Assembly: GCA_018896215.1 (NCBI GenBank)
Contig: JAHINB010000006.1
Location: 2,941-66,940 of the forward strand
From: Patescibacteria group bacterium
GTDB lineage: Bacteria > Patescibacteriota > WWE3 > 0-14-0-20-40-13
DNA: 64,000 nt
Reading direction: 5' to 3'
The notes beneath the pieces are model-generated. The model made no database searches. It had not been told where the DNA came from and was given only the letters and a program-made list of their open reading frames with translations. This document shows positions 7,729-17,735 of the stretch, piece after piece (position 1 is the stretch's first letter; each line of letters starts with the position of its first letter). The translations under genes were made by a program, and so were the position numbers.

Positions 7729-9986
7729 AAAACTGAATACAACTTCTTGTAGGAATCTAAAAATTTCTCCATAGAATAAATTTTAGCAACTAAATCGTAA
7801 GCTTCTTTTATCTTTTTTTCGTTATATTTAAAATTTAAAATCTTTTGAGCTAAATCATCGGAATCACCTCGTTCAAAGTAGTTTATGGTGTCTTTTCCAA
7901 CATCCTTAAAAACCGGAAGATTGGAAGCCAAAACAGGAACCTCGGCATTCATTGCTTCAATTATTGATATACCAAAACCTTCGGCAAGACTTGGCGAAAC
8001 AAAAAGGTCAAAACTTGTCAATATTTGATATTTTTGGTCGTTCTTAAAGCTTCCTAAAAACCTAACCTTGGAGGAAATATTAAGCTTTCGGCAAAGACCC
8101 TCCAAGGATTCTCGTAAATTGCCATCCCCAGCTAAAACAAGATAAGCATTATTATTTTTTTGCAGAATCTTGGAAAATGCTCTAATTAAAACCTCGTGTC
8201 CCTTTTCTACAGTTAGTCTCCCTATGTTACCTATAACAAAAGCTTCTCTGGGAATTTTCCAATGTATTCTTAGAGCTGTTGGGGATTTCGGGTATACCTT
8301 GATACCAATCCCATTGGGAACAATTTCTATCTTGCTTGGGTTTATCCCCTCCTTTTCTACTCTTTCAATCTTAATTGATTTCGTTAGCGCAATAACTTTT
8401 GTGGCTAAAAAGTTTCCGGCAATTTTATTCGCTACGAGATTTAATTTAAAAAGGATGGGCTTTTTCCATTTCGGAAGTTGCCAATAAGTTATCGGGGTAT
8501 GAACATGATAAATCCTTGCTGGTGTTCCTGCTAAAAAACCCGCGAGCATGGCGTTAAAACCCGCTTTTAGCTCGTGGGCATGAAGAGCAATGGGATTAAG
8601 TGGCTTAACTAGCTTAAGTAGCTTAAATACATACAAAGGATCGAAATCCAGACAAGGATATAACTCCACAAAATTAGCACCACTTGCTTGATATTCTTTG
8701 ACCATGGAACCACCTTTGCAAACAACCGTAAAATTAAAATCTTTTGCAAGACCTTTTACAATATCTCCCACCTGGCGTTCTACACCTCCTAATTGTTCTC
8801 CCGAATTAAGTGCAATTACAACATTTGGCTTTTTTTTTGGTCTCACCCCTTTTTGGATCCCTTTTTGAATTATTTCGAGTTGATTCTTTACTTTATTGTC
8901 CCAAGAATTATTTTTGGCTAGTAATATTCGTGCCTCCCTTTTTTCCTTATTGTCTTCCTTCAAGGATTTTACAATTAGTTTTACGAATTCATTGTGATCT
9001 TTTGCAATGTAGCATTGATCTTTATAATTAAAATAGCTTTTAAGAGCAGTTACGATTGTGGGAAGACCGCAAGATAGAGCCTCAAAAAATTTAACGGGAA
9101 AAGATGTATAATTTTTCGGATCGTAGGGGATAAAGTAGGCATCAAAATTTTGGTAGTAAGCTGGGAGATCAACAAATCTTTTCTGACCTAACAAATAAAT
9201 ATTTTTATATTTTAAAAGGGCCGTGGAATCAAATTGAGAATTTTGGGAAACTTTTTGCGGACCAATTAAAACAAAAGAGACTGCGGGAAGTTCTTGGGCG
9301 CATTTTGCAACAAGCAAGATATCTATTTTAAAATCATCCAGCGCTCCCGCAAAACCTACTATTGGGTGTGGTATATTCCGCAAATCCTCTGGGGTACTAT
9401 TTTGAGGCTTAGAGAATAATTCAAAATCTCCCGCGTTTGGCGTGTAATAACTGTTTTGATTAATTTTTTTTGCTTTCTCGTAAAGGGAAACTGCCGAGGT
9501 AAAACAAAGGTTCGCTTTTTCTAGTAACCACTGTTCCCTTTGGTGCAACCAATCTTTTACTTTTGCGTACTCTGGAAATTCTGTATATTCATCAACCATG
9601 TCGTAAATTAATTTTGTCGGTTTAATTTGTTTAATTAGCAATTCTAAATCGGGATAGCCGACATGATAAACCCAAAGTACTATATTTTTGCCAGCCAGTA
9701 TTTTGATTTTCCAGGCTGTGTATTTAGTAAATAGCCAATCTAGCACGGGAAATGTTTTAGAAATGTCTTTCTGGGGCGATGGTCTAAATAAAGTCAGAAC
9801 TCTTACTCCATAGAAATCTACACTACAGTCTTTTTTTGTAAAAGTATTGCGTAAAGCTTTTAACCTTAGCGGAGGATCTACAAATACCACTTTATGACCA
9901 AGTTTGGCAAGTCTTGTTGCCACATGCCATTTGTTGGTTTTTAATTCCTGCGAAAACGACTGATTGGATAAAATAACTATATTCAT
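7722..9986 (-). CDS. Tandem two-domain GT-B glycosyltransferase (TuaH-like GT4 fused to a second GT4)
   Basis: Domain 1: YDMVDEY, PIVGFAGAL, PVKFFEALSCGLP, NNSWD. Domain 2: GGVER, HAHE, GRLTVEKG, EGFGISIIEAM. Linker IQKGIQKGVRPKKKP. Confidence 0.88.
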   Translation of the reverse strand: MNIVILSNQSFSQELKTNKWHVATRLAKLGHKVVFVDPPLRLKALRNTFTKKDCSVDFYGVRVLTLFRPSPQKDISKTFPVLDWLFTKYTAWKIKILAGKNIVLWVYHVGYPDLELLIKQIKPTKLIYDMVDEYTEFPEYAKVKDWLHQREQWLLEKANLCFTSAVSLYEKAKKINQNSYYTPNAGDFELFSKPQNSTPEDLRNIPHPIVGFAGALDDFKIDILLVAKCAQELPAVSFVLIGPQKVSQNSQFDSTALLKYKNIYLLGQKRFVDLPAYYQNFDAYFIPYDPKNYTSFPVKFFEALSCGLPTIVTALKSYFNYKDQCYIAKDHNEFVKLIVKSLKEDNKEKREARILLAKNNSWDNKVKNQLEIIQKGIQKGVRPKKKPNVVIALNSGEQLGGVERQVGDIVKGLAKDFNFTVVCKGGSMVKEYQASGANFVELYPCLDFDPLYVFKLLKLVKPLNPIALHAHELKAGFNAMLAGFLAGTPARIYHVHTPITYWQLPKWKKPILFKLNLVANKIAGNFLATKVIALTKSIKIERVEKEGINPSKIEIVPNGIGIKVYPKSPTALRIHWKIPREAFVIGNIGRLTVEKGHEVLIRAFSKILQKNNNAYLVLAGDGNLRESLEGLCRKLNISSKVRFLGSFKNDQKYQILTSFDLFVSPSLAEGFGISIIEAMNAEVPVLASNLPVFKDVGKDTINYFERGDSDDLAQKILNFKYNEKKIKEAYDLVAKIYSMEKFLDSYKKLYSVLG

Positions 9987-10012
9987 TTTTGTATCATAAA
10001 AAACAAACTCGT

Positions 10013-11635
10013 TTATTTTTCAAATCCCAAAACGGCAACTGTAGGCTCAACAGAACTTCGGGCAGGAAAAAGCTTTATAACTCGCATAGTATCTATTGCC
10101 CAAGCATCACCACTAGGATATCTGCAGTTTGCTGGAAAATTAGTCTTTAAACGAGCATCTAAATCGTAATCTCCTGTTACCACTAAACTTATTCCTTTGC
10201 TTTTAAAATAAGCAATTTGATCGGTATGCCCAATTTCTCGGTCCATCTCCCTAAAAACCTCGTCGATTTTTACTGCGTTATACCCCGCTCCATTTACATA
10301 ATCATCTAGATTTACGCTATAAGCACCACTAATACCAACAATTGAGCCCGGAGTAACATTCTGTAAAATCCAATTTTCGGCTCGCCTTCTGGTATCACCT
10401 GTTGCAAAAACATAATTCATTACAACCCCACGATAAAACAAACCTCCAAATGTTAAGATAAAAAATAAACCAAGTAGCATACCTCTTACCGTGGGTTGTT
10501 GAATTCTGTGAAATATGTAATTTACAGCGTGCTTAAATCCAACCGCAGATAAAATGGCAAAGAAGGGGTAAACTGGATTTAGGTAGTGTTGATAGAACAA
10601 TTTTAAAGTCCCCATATACCAAAAATACGCTAATGGGAAAAACAATAGAAAAAAACTAATGTTTGTATAATTTCTAAGCACGGCAAATATCCCAAGCAGC
10701 ACTAATAACGCCCCTATAACCCCAAAGGATAGTCCGACACCTGTCTTATATCTAGATTCTCCAAGATTAAAATTTAATAGGGATTCTGATATTGGACCTC
10801 TTTGTCTCTTAAATTGCCACAACGCTCCGACCGGAGAATCACTTTTTACAAAAGTTTTAAAATCTAACAAGGCATAAGGAGTACCAATAAAAAATCCCGC
10901 CACAGACATTACTGCTGCAATTATAAGATTCTTTGAAAAAATAACCTCCCGATACGATTTCTTAAATTTGATAACATTTGTCACATGCGCAGAAAAAATG
11001 AGCAAAACGGCAAAAGCACCATTATATTTTGTTGATGTCGCAAATCCTGCAAAAAGACCTGCTAAAGCATAATTTATTAATTTAGTATTTCTTAAAATTC
11101 TTTGCGAAAAGAAAAAAACTAAAACAACCCAAAAGGTAAGCGCGGACTCCAATGTGGCATAATGGGCATCCTCTATATTTTGCAAACTTAAAGCAAAGAA
11201 CAACAGAGATATAACAGCAACATTACGCCCCAAAAATTCCCTTACGCCCTTATAAAAAATTACCAGGGACAAGGATGACATTAAAAATGACACGAAACGA
11301 ATCGCCAGGTAAAATGATGCAGGTCTTTCTAAGAATATAGAACTGGAGTTGTTAACCGAAATGCCAAAAAGGTTTCCGTAAATATCTGTAATTTTTGCCC
11401 AAGCCGAAACTGCAAAAAGAGAAATATACATTTGCATATGAGGCCAATCAAAATGCTTAAGGTTAGAAACTATTCTTAGACCCAGGCCTCCGCTAACGAG
11501 GGCGGTCTCATCGGGATGGTAAATTTTTGGCAGATTCCACCAAATACCAACAAATCTAAGAGCAATCCCTAGAAAAATGATTGATACTACGAACCACTTA
11601 GAGTTGAATATTTTTGTAAAGGTAGTAGTAGTCAT
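10013..11635 (-). CDS. GT-C fold glycosyltransferase (PMT_2/ArnT-like, HPDE subgroup)
   Basis: TM1 followed by YHPDE acidic motif, ATSTKYNG, GTPY, GDTR; about 11 hydrophobic segments. Paralogue of 17736-19301. Likely start MTTTTF at 11635. Confidence 0.8.
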   Translation of the reverse strand: MTTTTFTKIFNSKWFVVSIIFLGIALRFVGIWWNLPKIYHPDETALVSGGLGLRIVSNLKHFDWPHMQMYISLFAVSAWAKITDIYGNLFGISVNNSSSIFLERPASFYLAIRFVSFLMSSLSLVIFYKGVREFLGRNVAVISLLFFALSLQNIEDAHYATLESALTFWVVLVFFFSQRILRNTKLINYALAGLFAGFATSTKYNGAFAVLLIFSAHVTNVIKFKKSYREVIFSKNLIIAAVMSVAGFFIGTPYALLDFKTFVKSDSPVGALWQFKRQRGPISESLLNFNLGESRYKTGVGLSFGVIGALLVLLGIFAVLRNYTNISFFLLFFPLAYFWYMGTLKLFYQHYLNPVYPFFAILSAVGFKHAVNYIFHRIQQPTVRGMLLGLFFILTFGGLFYRGVVMNYVFATGDTRRRAENWILQNVTPGSIVGISGAYSVNLDDYVNGAGYNAVKIDEVFREMDREIGHTDQIAYFKSKGISLVVTGDYDLDARLKTNFPANCRYPSGDAWAIDTMRVIKLFPARSSVEPTVAVLGFEK

Positions 11636-13109
11636 ATGATCCAATATAAAACACTCTATCTAAACTCATGCTCTTAAGAATTAAAGGCGATCTAGCATCA
11701 TCCCTTTGCACTACAACGTAATCGACTTCTGAAAAGTCGGTAACGGAATCTATTGAAACAACAATACCCAAAAATGTTGGTCTTACACTAGCATCATTAT
11801 AAGTGGCAAGTGTAATATTTTCCACCCCCGGCTTTTTATTTAAATAATTAGTAACCCGCATGTATCCAGTTGCCCAATCCTGAAGCCCAACGGCATTTAC
11901 TGCCATATGAGACCCACCAACAAGCGGGTTAAAGTAGGCAAAAAAATCTGGGAACAGAGGAAGTATTTGAACAGCAGATACAACAACCAGCACTACAGCA
12001 ACAAAAAACTGCTTTCGCGGAACTACCTTGGATAATGCGTAGCCTGCAAAAATTGCCAGTGGCGGAAAAAGGGGAATGAGGTACCTGTCTATCTTTTTTG
12101 TGGAAACTGTCATAAAAACAAAATAAACCAAAGTATAAATAGAAACCCCAAGTATCGTCATGGTTTTTGATGACTTTAGTCCTTTAAGCACAACTTTGTA
12201 ATTTGAAAATATTAGGTATAAAGCAACAGTTAAAAGAATTATTAAAACTGGGCTGGCTCTAAAAATAAATTGTGTGGGGTAAAACAGTATTCCTGGATTT
12301 AAAGATTCTTGCCCAAAGAAAATTTGGGGCTGCCCACCCTGACCTGTCTTAATAACCCCGTCGTAGATTATTTTTGTTATAACACGAATTGGATCTACCC
12401 AACAGGCTGGAAACAAAATTAAAAACGCTGTAAGTCCTGCTACTGCATAAATTACTAAGGACAGTATATTGCCGAATAACAGAGAGATTATTACAATGGT
12501 TGGAAATAATGTAAGGGAGGAGACCTTTGTCAATACTGCCAACCCAAATAATATCCCAGAAAAAATGGCGTCTTTAGTGCGTTTGGATTTTTGATACTTT
12601 ATAAAAAACAAAACGGAGTTAATTCCCAAAAGAGAAAGCATACCGTCTAGATGTAAAACCCTGGTGTTACCTATAAAAAATGGCTCCAGTAATAAAATTA
12701 AAACCGAATAAAAAGCTATCTTTTGATTAAACAATTTCTCAATCAATTTGTAGAGCAAAATTATAAAGGCGAAGTTAAAAAGTACTAAAGGAAGGGTCTC
12801 GGAAAATAATATCCAACGAAAATTGCTAACATTAAAATAAACAGGTCTTATCCCGTACTTTAATTTATAAAATACACTATATATCTCCTGCCCAAAACCA
12901 GAAAGCCACATGAGGGTAACTCCGGGGTGATATGTCCTATAAGTCTCTAAAAAATTATAGTTTTTAAGATATGCCCAAAATTGCACAGCCCTGTAGTTCC
13001 ATGCGGGAGCATCCACATTCACAATATCGTTTCCCAACATTGGCAGACGAGAAATAAAGTAGACGAGAGATAAAAATATCAGATTAAGATGTTTCTTTAG
13101 ATTTATCAT
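11598..13109 (-). CDS. GT-C fold glycosyltransferase (PMT_2-like, HPGVT family)
   Basis: NVDAPAW, YHPGVTLMWL, LEPFFIGNTRVLHLD, LTK, KKIDRYLIP, YFNPLVGG; multi-TM. Confidence 0.8.
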   Translation of the reverse strand: MINLKKHLNLIFLSLVYFISRLPMLGNDIVNVDAPAWNYRAVQFWAYLKNYNFLETYRTYHPGVTLMWLSGFGQEIYSVFYKLKYGIRPVYFNVSNFRWILFSETLPLVLFNFAFIILLYKLIEKLFNQKIAFYSVLILLLEPFFIGNTRVLHLDGMLSLLGINSVLFFIKYQKSKRTKDAIFSGILFGLAVLTKVSSLTLFPTIVIISLLFGNILSLVIYAVAGLTAFLILFPACWVDPIRVITKIIYDGVIKTGQGGQPQIFFGQESLNPGILFYPTQFIFRASPVLIILLTVALYLIFSNYKVVLKGLKSSKTMTILGVSIYTLVYFVFMTVSTKKIDRYLIPLFPPLAIFAGYALSKVVPRKQFFVAVVLVVVSAVQILPLFPDFFAYFNPLVGGSHMAVNAVGLQDWATGYMRVTNYLNKKPGVENITLATYNDASVRPTFLGIVVSIDSVTDFSEVDYVVVQRDDARSPLILKSMSLDRVFYIGSYDYYYLYKNIQL

Positions 13110-13983
13110 TACTCACTAGAAGCAAAAATCCACCAATAAGACTAACCGAGACTCGTGTGGCATGGTACAGCAGCGAAGATGTTGCCGACAGAACAGGGGA
13201 GATTCCCCAAAATAGTAAGAATTTACCATAGAAAAAATCTTGAATACCAATACCATTAAAAGACAAGGGCAAGAAACTTAAAAATCCAATTATAGGAAAT
13301 ACAAAAAAAGCCTGTGGGAGTGTAATTGATATACCAACTGACCTGGTGGCAAAAAAATGCGCCAAGTTTGCCACAATTTGAACGAGCAACGAAAAAAACA
13401 GAGACTTGACAATGCTATCTTTGTGAAAGCGATAGAGATGAATTGCATCGTTAAAAGGCTTTAATTTTGGAATTAGTCTGGAAAATAAATCAAGCGAAAC
13501 AAAACCAAGTATACAAAGAATCCAAAAAGCGATAAAAATCAAAATCCCCCAAAATCCCAAAAGTACAACCAAACTTATAGTCGAAAGTAAAGCTAAGATA
13601 ACTAAACCGGAAAGCCTGTTAGCAAAGGTTGCTCCAGTAGCTTTTGGCATATCATTAGTGTTTTTCCCAAGAACATAGGCTTTATAAACATCGCCCCCGA
13701 TACTCGTGGGCATAAAATTATTAAAGAAAGCCCCAATAAAATACAGCTTAATCAACTTAAAAACACCACGACCGTTAAACGAGGAAGAAAAAAAGATTAA
13801 AGACCGCCACCTAAAACCACTAATTATGTAATTAAGACAGATCATTAAAAATGACAAAAGCAGATACCACAAGTTGGCGGTTCTTATGGTAGCAAGTACC
13901 GAATTAAAATCCAACTTTTGATAGAGGATAGAAAGAACAAGAAGTGATATTACCAATCGTAAAATGAGGGATTTATTGCTCAT
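13084..13983 (-). CDS. UPF0104 / lysylphosphatidylglycerol synthase TM-domain protein (putative flippase)
   Basis: RWRSL, FFNNFMPTSIGGDVYKA, NRLSGL, LPLSFNGIGIQD; about 8 TM. Confidence 0.85.
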   Translation of the reverse strand: MSNKSLILRLVISLLVLSILYQKLDFNSVLATIRTANLWYLLLSFLMICLNYIISGFRWRSLIFFSSSFNGRGVFKLIKLYFIGAFFNNFMPTSIGGDVYKAYVLGKNTNDMPKATGATFANRLSGLVILALLSTISLVVLLGFWGILIFIAFWILCILGFVSLDLFSRLIPKLKPFNDAIHLYRFHKDSIVKSLFFSLLVQIVANLAHFFATRSVGISITLPQAFFVFPIIGFLSFLPLSFNGIGIQDFFYGKFLLFWGISPVLSATSSLLYHATRVSVSLIGGFLLLVSNDKSKETS

Positions 13984-13991
13984 GTGAGATG

Positions 13992-14990
13992 TTAAGCTAC
14001 CTCTTCTCTAACAATATAAGTTCTTTTGCCTTGAGATTCAAAATAAATTCTAAGCATAAGTTCTCCCAAAAGACCGAGAGAGATAAACTGAAATCCCAAA
14101 ATAATAAGAAGGACCGACAAAAACAAAAGCGGTCTTGTGCCAATATTTTGACCCAATACAATTTTATCAAAGGCTAAAATACTACCTAAAAATCCGCCTA
14201 GTATCATGGAGATAATCCCCGTACCGCCAAAAATCCTAATCGGCATCATAGTAAAAGGTTTGGTAGAAAAAGAAAGCAAAAATTTTAAAGCGATGATATC
14301 TAAAAACACCTTAAATGTCCGAGATAAACCAACCTTACCATAGGCAGACTCCCCATAAATACGAGGATTAAAAGCCACATCAACTTCGCAAATCTTTGCT
14401 CCAAACATAGAGCAGTAAGCAGGCAAAAACCTATGCATATCTCCATAAAGATGCATATTTTGAACAAGTACTCTCCTAAAACCCTTTACTCCTGAACCCG
14501 TATCTTTAACCTGCAACCCAGACATCTTGTTAATAACTCTGTTCGCCAAAATCGATGGGATTCTTTTAAAGAACGATTTTCCTGCATCTTCTTTGTAGCG
14601 TTCTTCCCTATTTGTGTTTACCATATCATAGCCCTCCTCAAGCTTGCCTATGACTTTTTCTATCTCTTCTGCCGGGGTTTCGTTGTCCGAAGAAAAAGTT
14701 ATAACAAAATCGCCTTTTGACGCGTCAAACCCCGCTTGGTAGGCTGCCGTTTGCCCATAATTTCTCATGTGTCGAACGCCTTTAAAGCCTTTATTTTGTG
14801 AGAAACAAACTTGTTTATTTTCTCTACAAACTTGTGTTATTTCTTCCCAAGTAGCATCCTTTGACCCATCGTCAACAAAAATCACCTCCCAAGACTTACC
14901 AATTTTTGTGAGAACTTCTTTGAGACCATCTGCCGATGGTCTGATATTTTTTTCCTCGTTATAGCAAGGAACTACAATTGAAATGTTCAT
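13992..14990 (-). CDS. GT2 polyprenol-phosphate glycosyltransferase (ArnC/GtrB/DPM1-like)
   Basis: VVPCYNEE, VDDGSKD, RNYGQTAA, DTGSGVKGFRR, LYGDMHRFLP, two C-terminal TM helices. Confidence 0.9.
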   Translation of the reverse strand: MNISIVVPCYNEEKNIRPSADGLKEVLTKIGKSWEVIFVDDGSKDATWEEITQVCRENKQVCFSQNKGFKGVRHMRNYGQTAAYQAGFDASKGDFVITFSSDNETPAEEIEKVIGKLEEGYDMVNTNREERYKEDAGKSFFKRIPSILANRVINKMSGLQVKDTGSGVKGFRRVLVQNMHLYGDMHRFLPAYCSMFGAKICEVDVAFNPRIYGESAYGKVGLSRTFKVFLDIIALKFLLSFSTKPFTMMPIRIFGGTGIISMILGGFLGSILAFDKIVLGQNIGTRPLLFLSVLLIILGFQFISLGLLGELMLRIYFESQGKRTYIVREEVA

Positions 14991-16144
14991 GTAATGTTAT
15001 TATACAACTTGAGATATCTTTGTGCTATTTCTGACCAATCAAACTCTTGAGAATATTTCTTTTGGTACTCTTGAATCTTACAATAGAGATCTTTATCTTT
15101 TATTAGCTTGATAATTTTATTAGCCATATCTACAAAGTTCCCAGGTTTAAACAGCAACCCAGTTTGAAGATCCTTAACATAGTCCCAAGTACCTGGGCTA
15201 TTAGCTGCAACAATTGGTAACTTTGCCGATATTGCCTCTAGGATTACATTGGGACAACCCTCTATTAACGAACTAAAAACAAACAGGTCGGCTTTGTTAT
15301 ATAAATCCAAAACTTCCTGCGGAGGATATTGCAAAAAGTCACCACGATCTTTTGGAAGTTTCCCAAGCAGAGTTACATTGTTTGTAATCCCGAGTTGAGA
15401 AATGATTGGAGTAAGCCCCCCTTCGTTCCCGCCAACAATGTCAAGATGGGCTTGCGGGAACTCCTTGACAACTACAGCTAAAGCTTTAAGCATTGTAGGA
15501 TAATCCTTCTTTGGTACATTCCTTCCAACAGTTAGCAATCTTATCTCCCCTATCTTCTTCGTTACCCCAATTTCCCCTATCTTAAATTTCTCTAAATCGA
15601 CACCGTTTGAGATTCCCACAATCTTTTCTTTTAGCTTACCGTTGGTAAACTCCATAATGGTTTTTTTGACAGTAGGACTTATGGCAACAATTTTTGTGGC
15701 AAGATTAAGAGCTTGAGTAACTCGTGATTTATAAAATGGGTTGGAGATTCTTCCGTATGAGATAGATTTGTCAAACTGAATATCTTCGCCAGTTGGTCGT
15801 AAAATAACCGGGACATTAAATATTTTTCCAAAAATTCCTGCGACAAATCCAGGCTCATACAAAACAACTGCTTGAACAAGATTAAAGCGGTATTTCAAAT
15901 GATAATAGGAAAGATTGAGTAAGAGGATTGCTTCTAATAGTCTTTTGTGCTGTAAAAAAGGGTTGATAAATCGCAGGCGTAATATTGAATAATTGGGCTT
16001 AAAATTAACTAGCATCTTTTGATCAAAAGGGACAAGAACAAAAACGGTTTGAGATTCGGATAGATGGGTTCCTAATCCATGAATAAATCTCTCCCCCCCA
16101 CCCGTATTCGGAAAAAAAGTTGTCGAAAATATACAAATATTCAT
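14987..16144 (-). CDS. Glycosyltransferase family 4
   Basis: FFPNTGGGE, NGVD, TVGRNVPKK, EGCPNVILEA, FDW. Confidence 0.9.
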   Translation of the reverse strand: MNICIFSTTFFPNTGGGERFIHGLGTHLSESQTVFVLVPFDQKMLVNFKPNYSILRLRFINPFLQHKRLLEAILLLNLSYYHLKYRFNLVQAVVLYEPGFVAGIFGKIFNVPVILRPTGEDIQFDKSISYGRISNPFYKSRVTQALNLATKIVAISPTVKKTIMEFTNGKLKEKIVGISNGVDLEKFKIGEIGVTKKIGEIRLLTVGRNVPKKDYPTMLKALAVVVKEFPQAHLDIVGGNEGGLTPIISQLGITNNVTLLGKLPKDRGDFLQYPPQEVLDLYNKADLFVFSSLIEGCPNVILEAISAKLPIVAANSPGTWDYVKDLQTGLLFKPGNFVDMANKIIKLIKDKDLYCKIQEYQKKYSQEFDWSEIAQRYLKLYNNIT

Positions 16145-16152
16145 ATGCAAAT

Positions 16153-16182
16153 GGGGTGAGACCCAAAATCGGGTCTCACCCC
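16153..16182. repeat. Palindrome GGGGTGAGACCC-AAAATC-GGGTCTCACCCC at a gene junction
   Basis: Perfect 12-bp stem; contains the TGA stop (16176-16178) of the murJ-like gene; related to 7700-7728 and 8839-8854. Confidence 0.85.
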
Positions 16183-17726
16183 TTTTTAAATATTAATTGC
16201 TTTAATTCGGTCAGTTTCTTAACTTTTAACAAATAACAAGATAATAAATAAACTAAAAGTCCATATGCGGAGAAAAACCCAAGTGACACAACACCCCCGA
16301 TAAACGATAAAGACAGGTACAAATAGCTGGAGTGGACAAAGAATTTGTAAAAGGAAAATATAGCAAAACCGGCTATTGCCCCAGAAGACAAAACCTTGCC
16401 CCATTCAACGATATATTCTTTAGTTATGGCAAGCCGTATTTTCTTTTTAAGCTTTACAAACATAAAAGCAAACAGCAGAAAAGAGGTAAAAGATGTAGAA
16501 ACAGCAACTCCTGGATAACCCAATGCTTTTATAAACAAAATGTTGGTTACGACATTAATTACAGCTCTAATGTTTCCCACCCAAAATGGCGTCCAAGTAT
16601 CTTCTATTACTAAAAATGCACGAGTTAGGATCCGCCCCAGCATAAGAGGCAAAAGACCAAAAAGATAAAGACCTGTAAGCAGTGCGGTTTTGTAGGTTAA
16701 ATCTGGGGTAAAGTTCTTGCGCTCATACAGCAATTTAACTAAAGGCTCTCTTAAAACGAACATGGCAACCAAAATTGGAATAAATATCATTCCCACAGCA
16801 ATTAGCGAATTTAATAAACTTTCTTTGAGTGAATCGTCTCCTTCCAAATTCTCCTTTAATGACCAATGGGTAAGAATTACAGTTAAAAAACCTCCGGTAA
16901 GCAAAATCGCCGGAATTGCAGAAATTTTGTTAGCGTAATTGATAATTGTTACACCCCCAACTAAAACTGGCGCAATAAAAGAGGCGTCAACAAAATCATT
17001 TATTCGAGTAGTAGCATTGCTCAAAAACGACGGAAGCGAGATTGTTACCATGCGTTTTACTGCAGGATGGAAAACTAGCTTAAATCCAAAATAAATTCCC
17101 TTGTACTTTAAAATGGTAAATAAAATTACTAGATGAGCAAGTTCCGCAAAGGAATTTCCAATGGAAAGACTCTCTACCCCTAAGTTTGATTTGGTAAACC
17201 AAACAAACGCAATAAACACAACACTTCGAAAAATTGGCGTTAAAATTGGAATAATATACTTTTGATAGGTGTTATAAACGGTAGAAAGACACTCCACAAG
17301 ACCACTTGCGATAATAAGAAACGACAATTCAAAAAGCATTCTAAACAAAAGTTCCCGATCCAAAATTCCAGGAATTGTTACATGGGCAGTTACAAGATAA
17401 GAGGTAATGTTAAAAAGAGACCAAATAACAAGCAGAAATATGCAAAAGTATAAATAAAACGAGCCCAAAATTTCCTTCTCGTCTTGTTTTTCCTTATGCA
17501 CAAAACGCAAAAAAACCGAGGTAAAAACTGACTTTAAAACCCCGGTGATGGCTGCATTTACCACCATTACCGCAGCTAAAGCATAAAAAAATGCGTCGGT
17601 GCTCTCGGTGGCACCATATTGTGCCGCAATAATTGCTGAAATTAAAAAAGTAAAAAACTGGGCAAAAAGATTAGCTCCCGTAGCAGAAACGCTGTCCGAA
17701 AGTAAGGATTTTCGAGCTTTTAGCAT
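16176..17726 (-). CDS. murJ: MurJ/MviN-like MOP-family lipid-linked glycan flippase
   Basis: IAAQYGATESTDAFFYA, NYANKI, LLYERKNFT..TA, EDTWTP, G.AVSTS; about 14 TM. Given the context, the substrate may be the locus glycan rather than lipid II. Confidence 0.78.
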   Translation of the reverse strand: MLKARKSLLSDSVSATGANLFAQFFTFLISAIIAAQYGATESTDAFFYALAAVMVVNAAITGVLKSVFTSVFLRFVHKEKQDEKEILGSFYLYFCIFLLVIWSLFNITSYLVTAHVTIPGILDRELLFRMLFELSFLIIASGLVECLSTVYNTYQKYIIPILTPIFRSVVFIAFVWFTKSNLGVESLSIGNSFAELAHLVILFTILKYKGIYFGFKLVFHPAVKRMVTISLPSFLSNATTRINDFVDASFIAPVLVGGVTIINYANKISAIPAILLTGGFLTVILTHWSLKENLEGDDSLKESLLNSLIAVGMIFIPILVAMFVLREPLVKLLYERKNFTPDLTYKTALLTGLYLFGLLPLMLGRILTRAFLVIEDTWTPFWVGNIRAVINVVTNILFIKALGYPGVAVSTSFTSFLLFAFMFVKLKKKIRLAITKEYIVEWGKVLSSGAIAGFAIFSFYKFFVHSSYLYLSLSFIGGVVSLGFFSAYGLLVYLLSCYLLKVKKLTELKQLIFKKG

Positions 17727-17735
17727 ATTTACATC

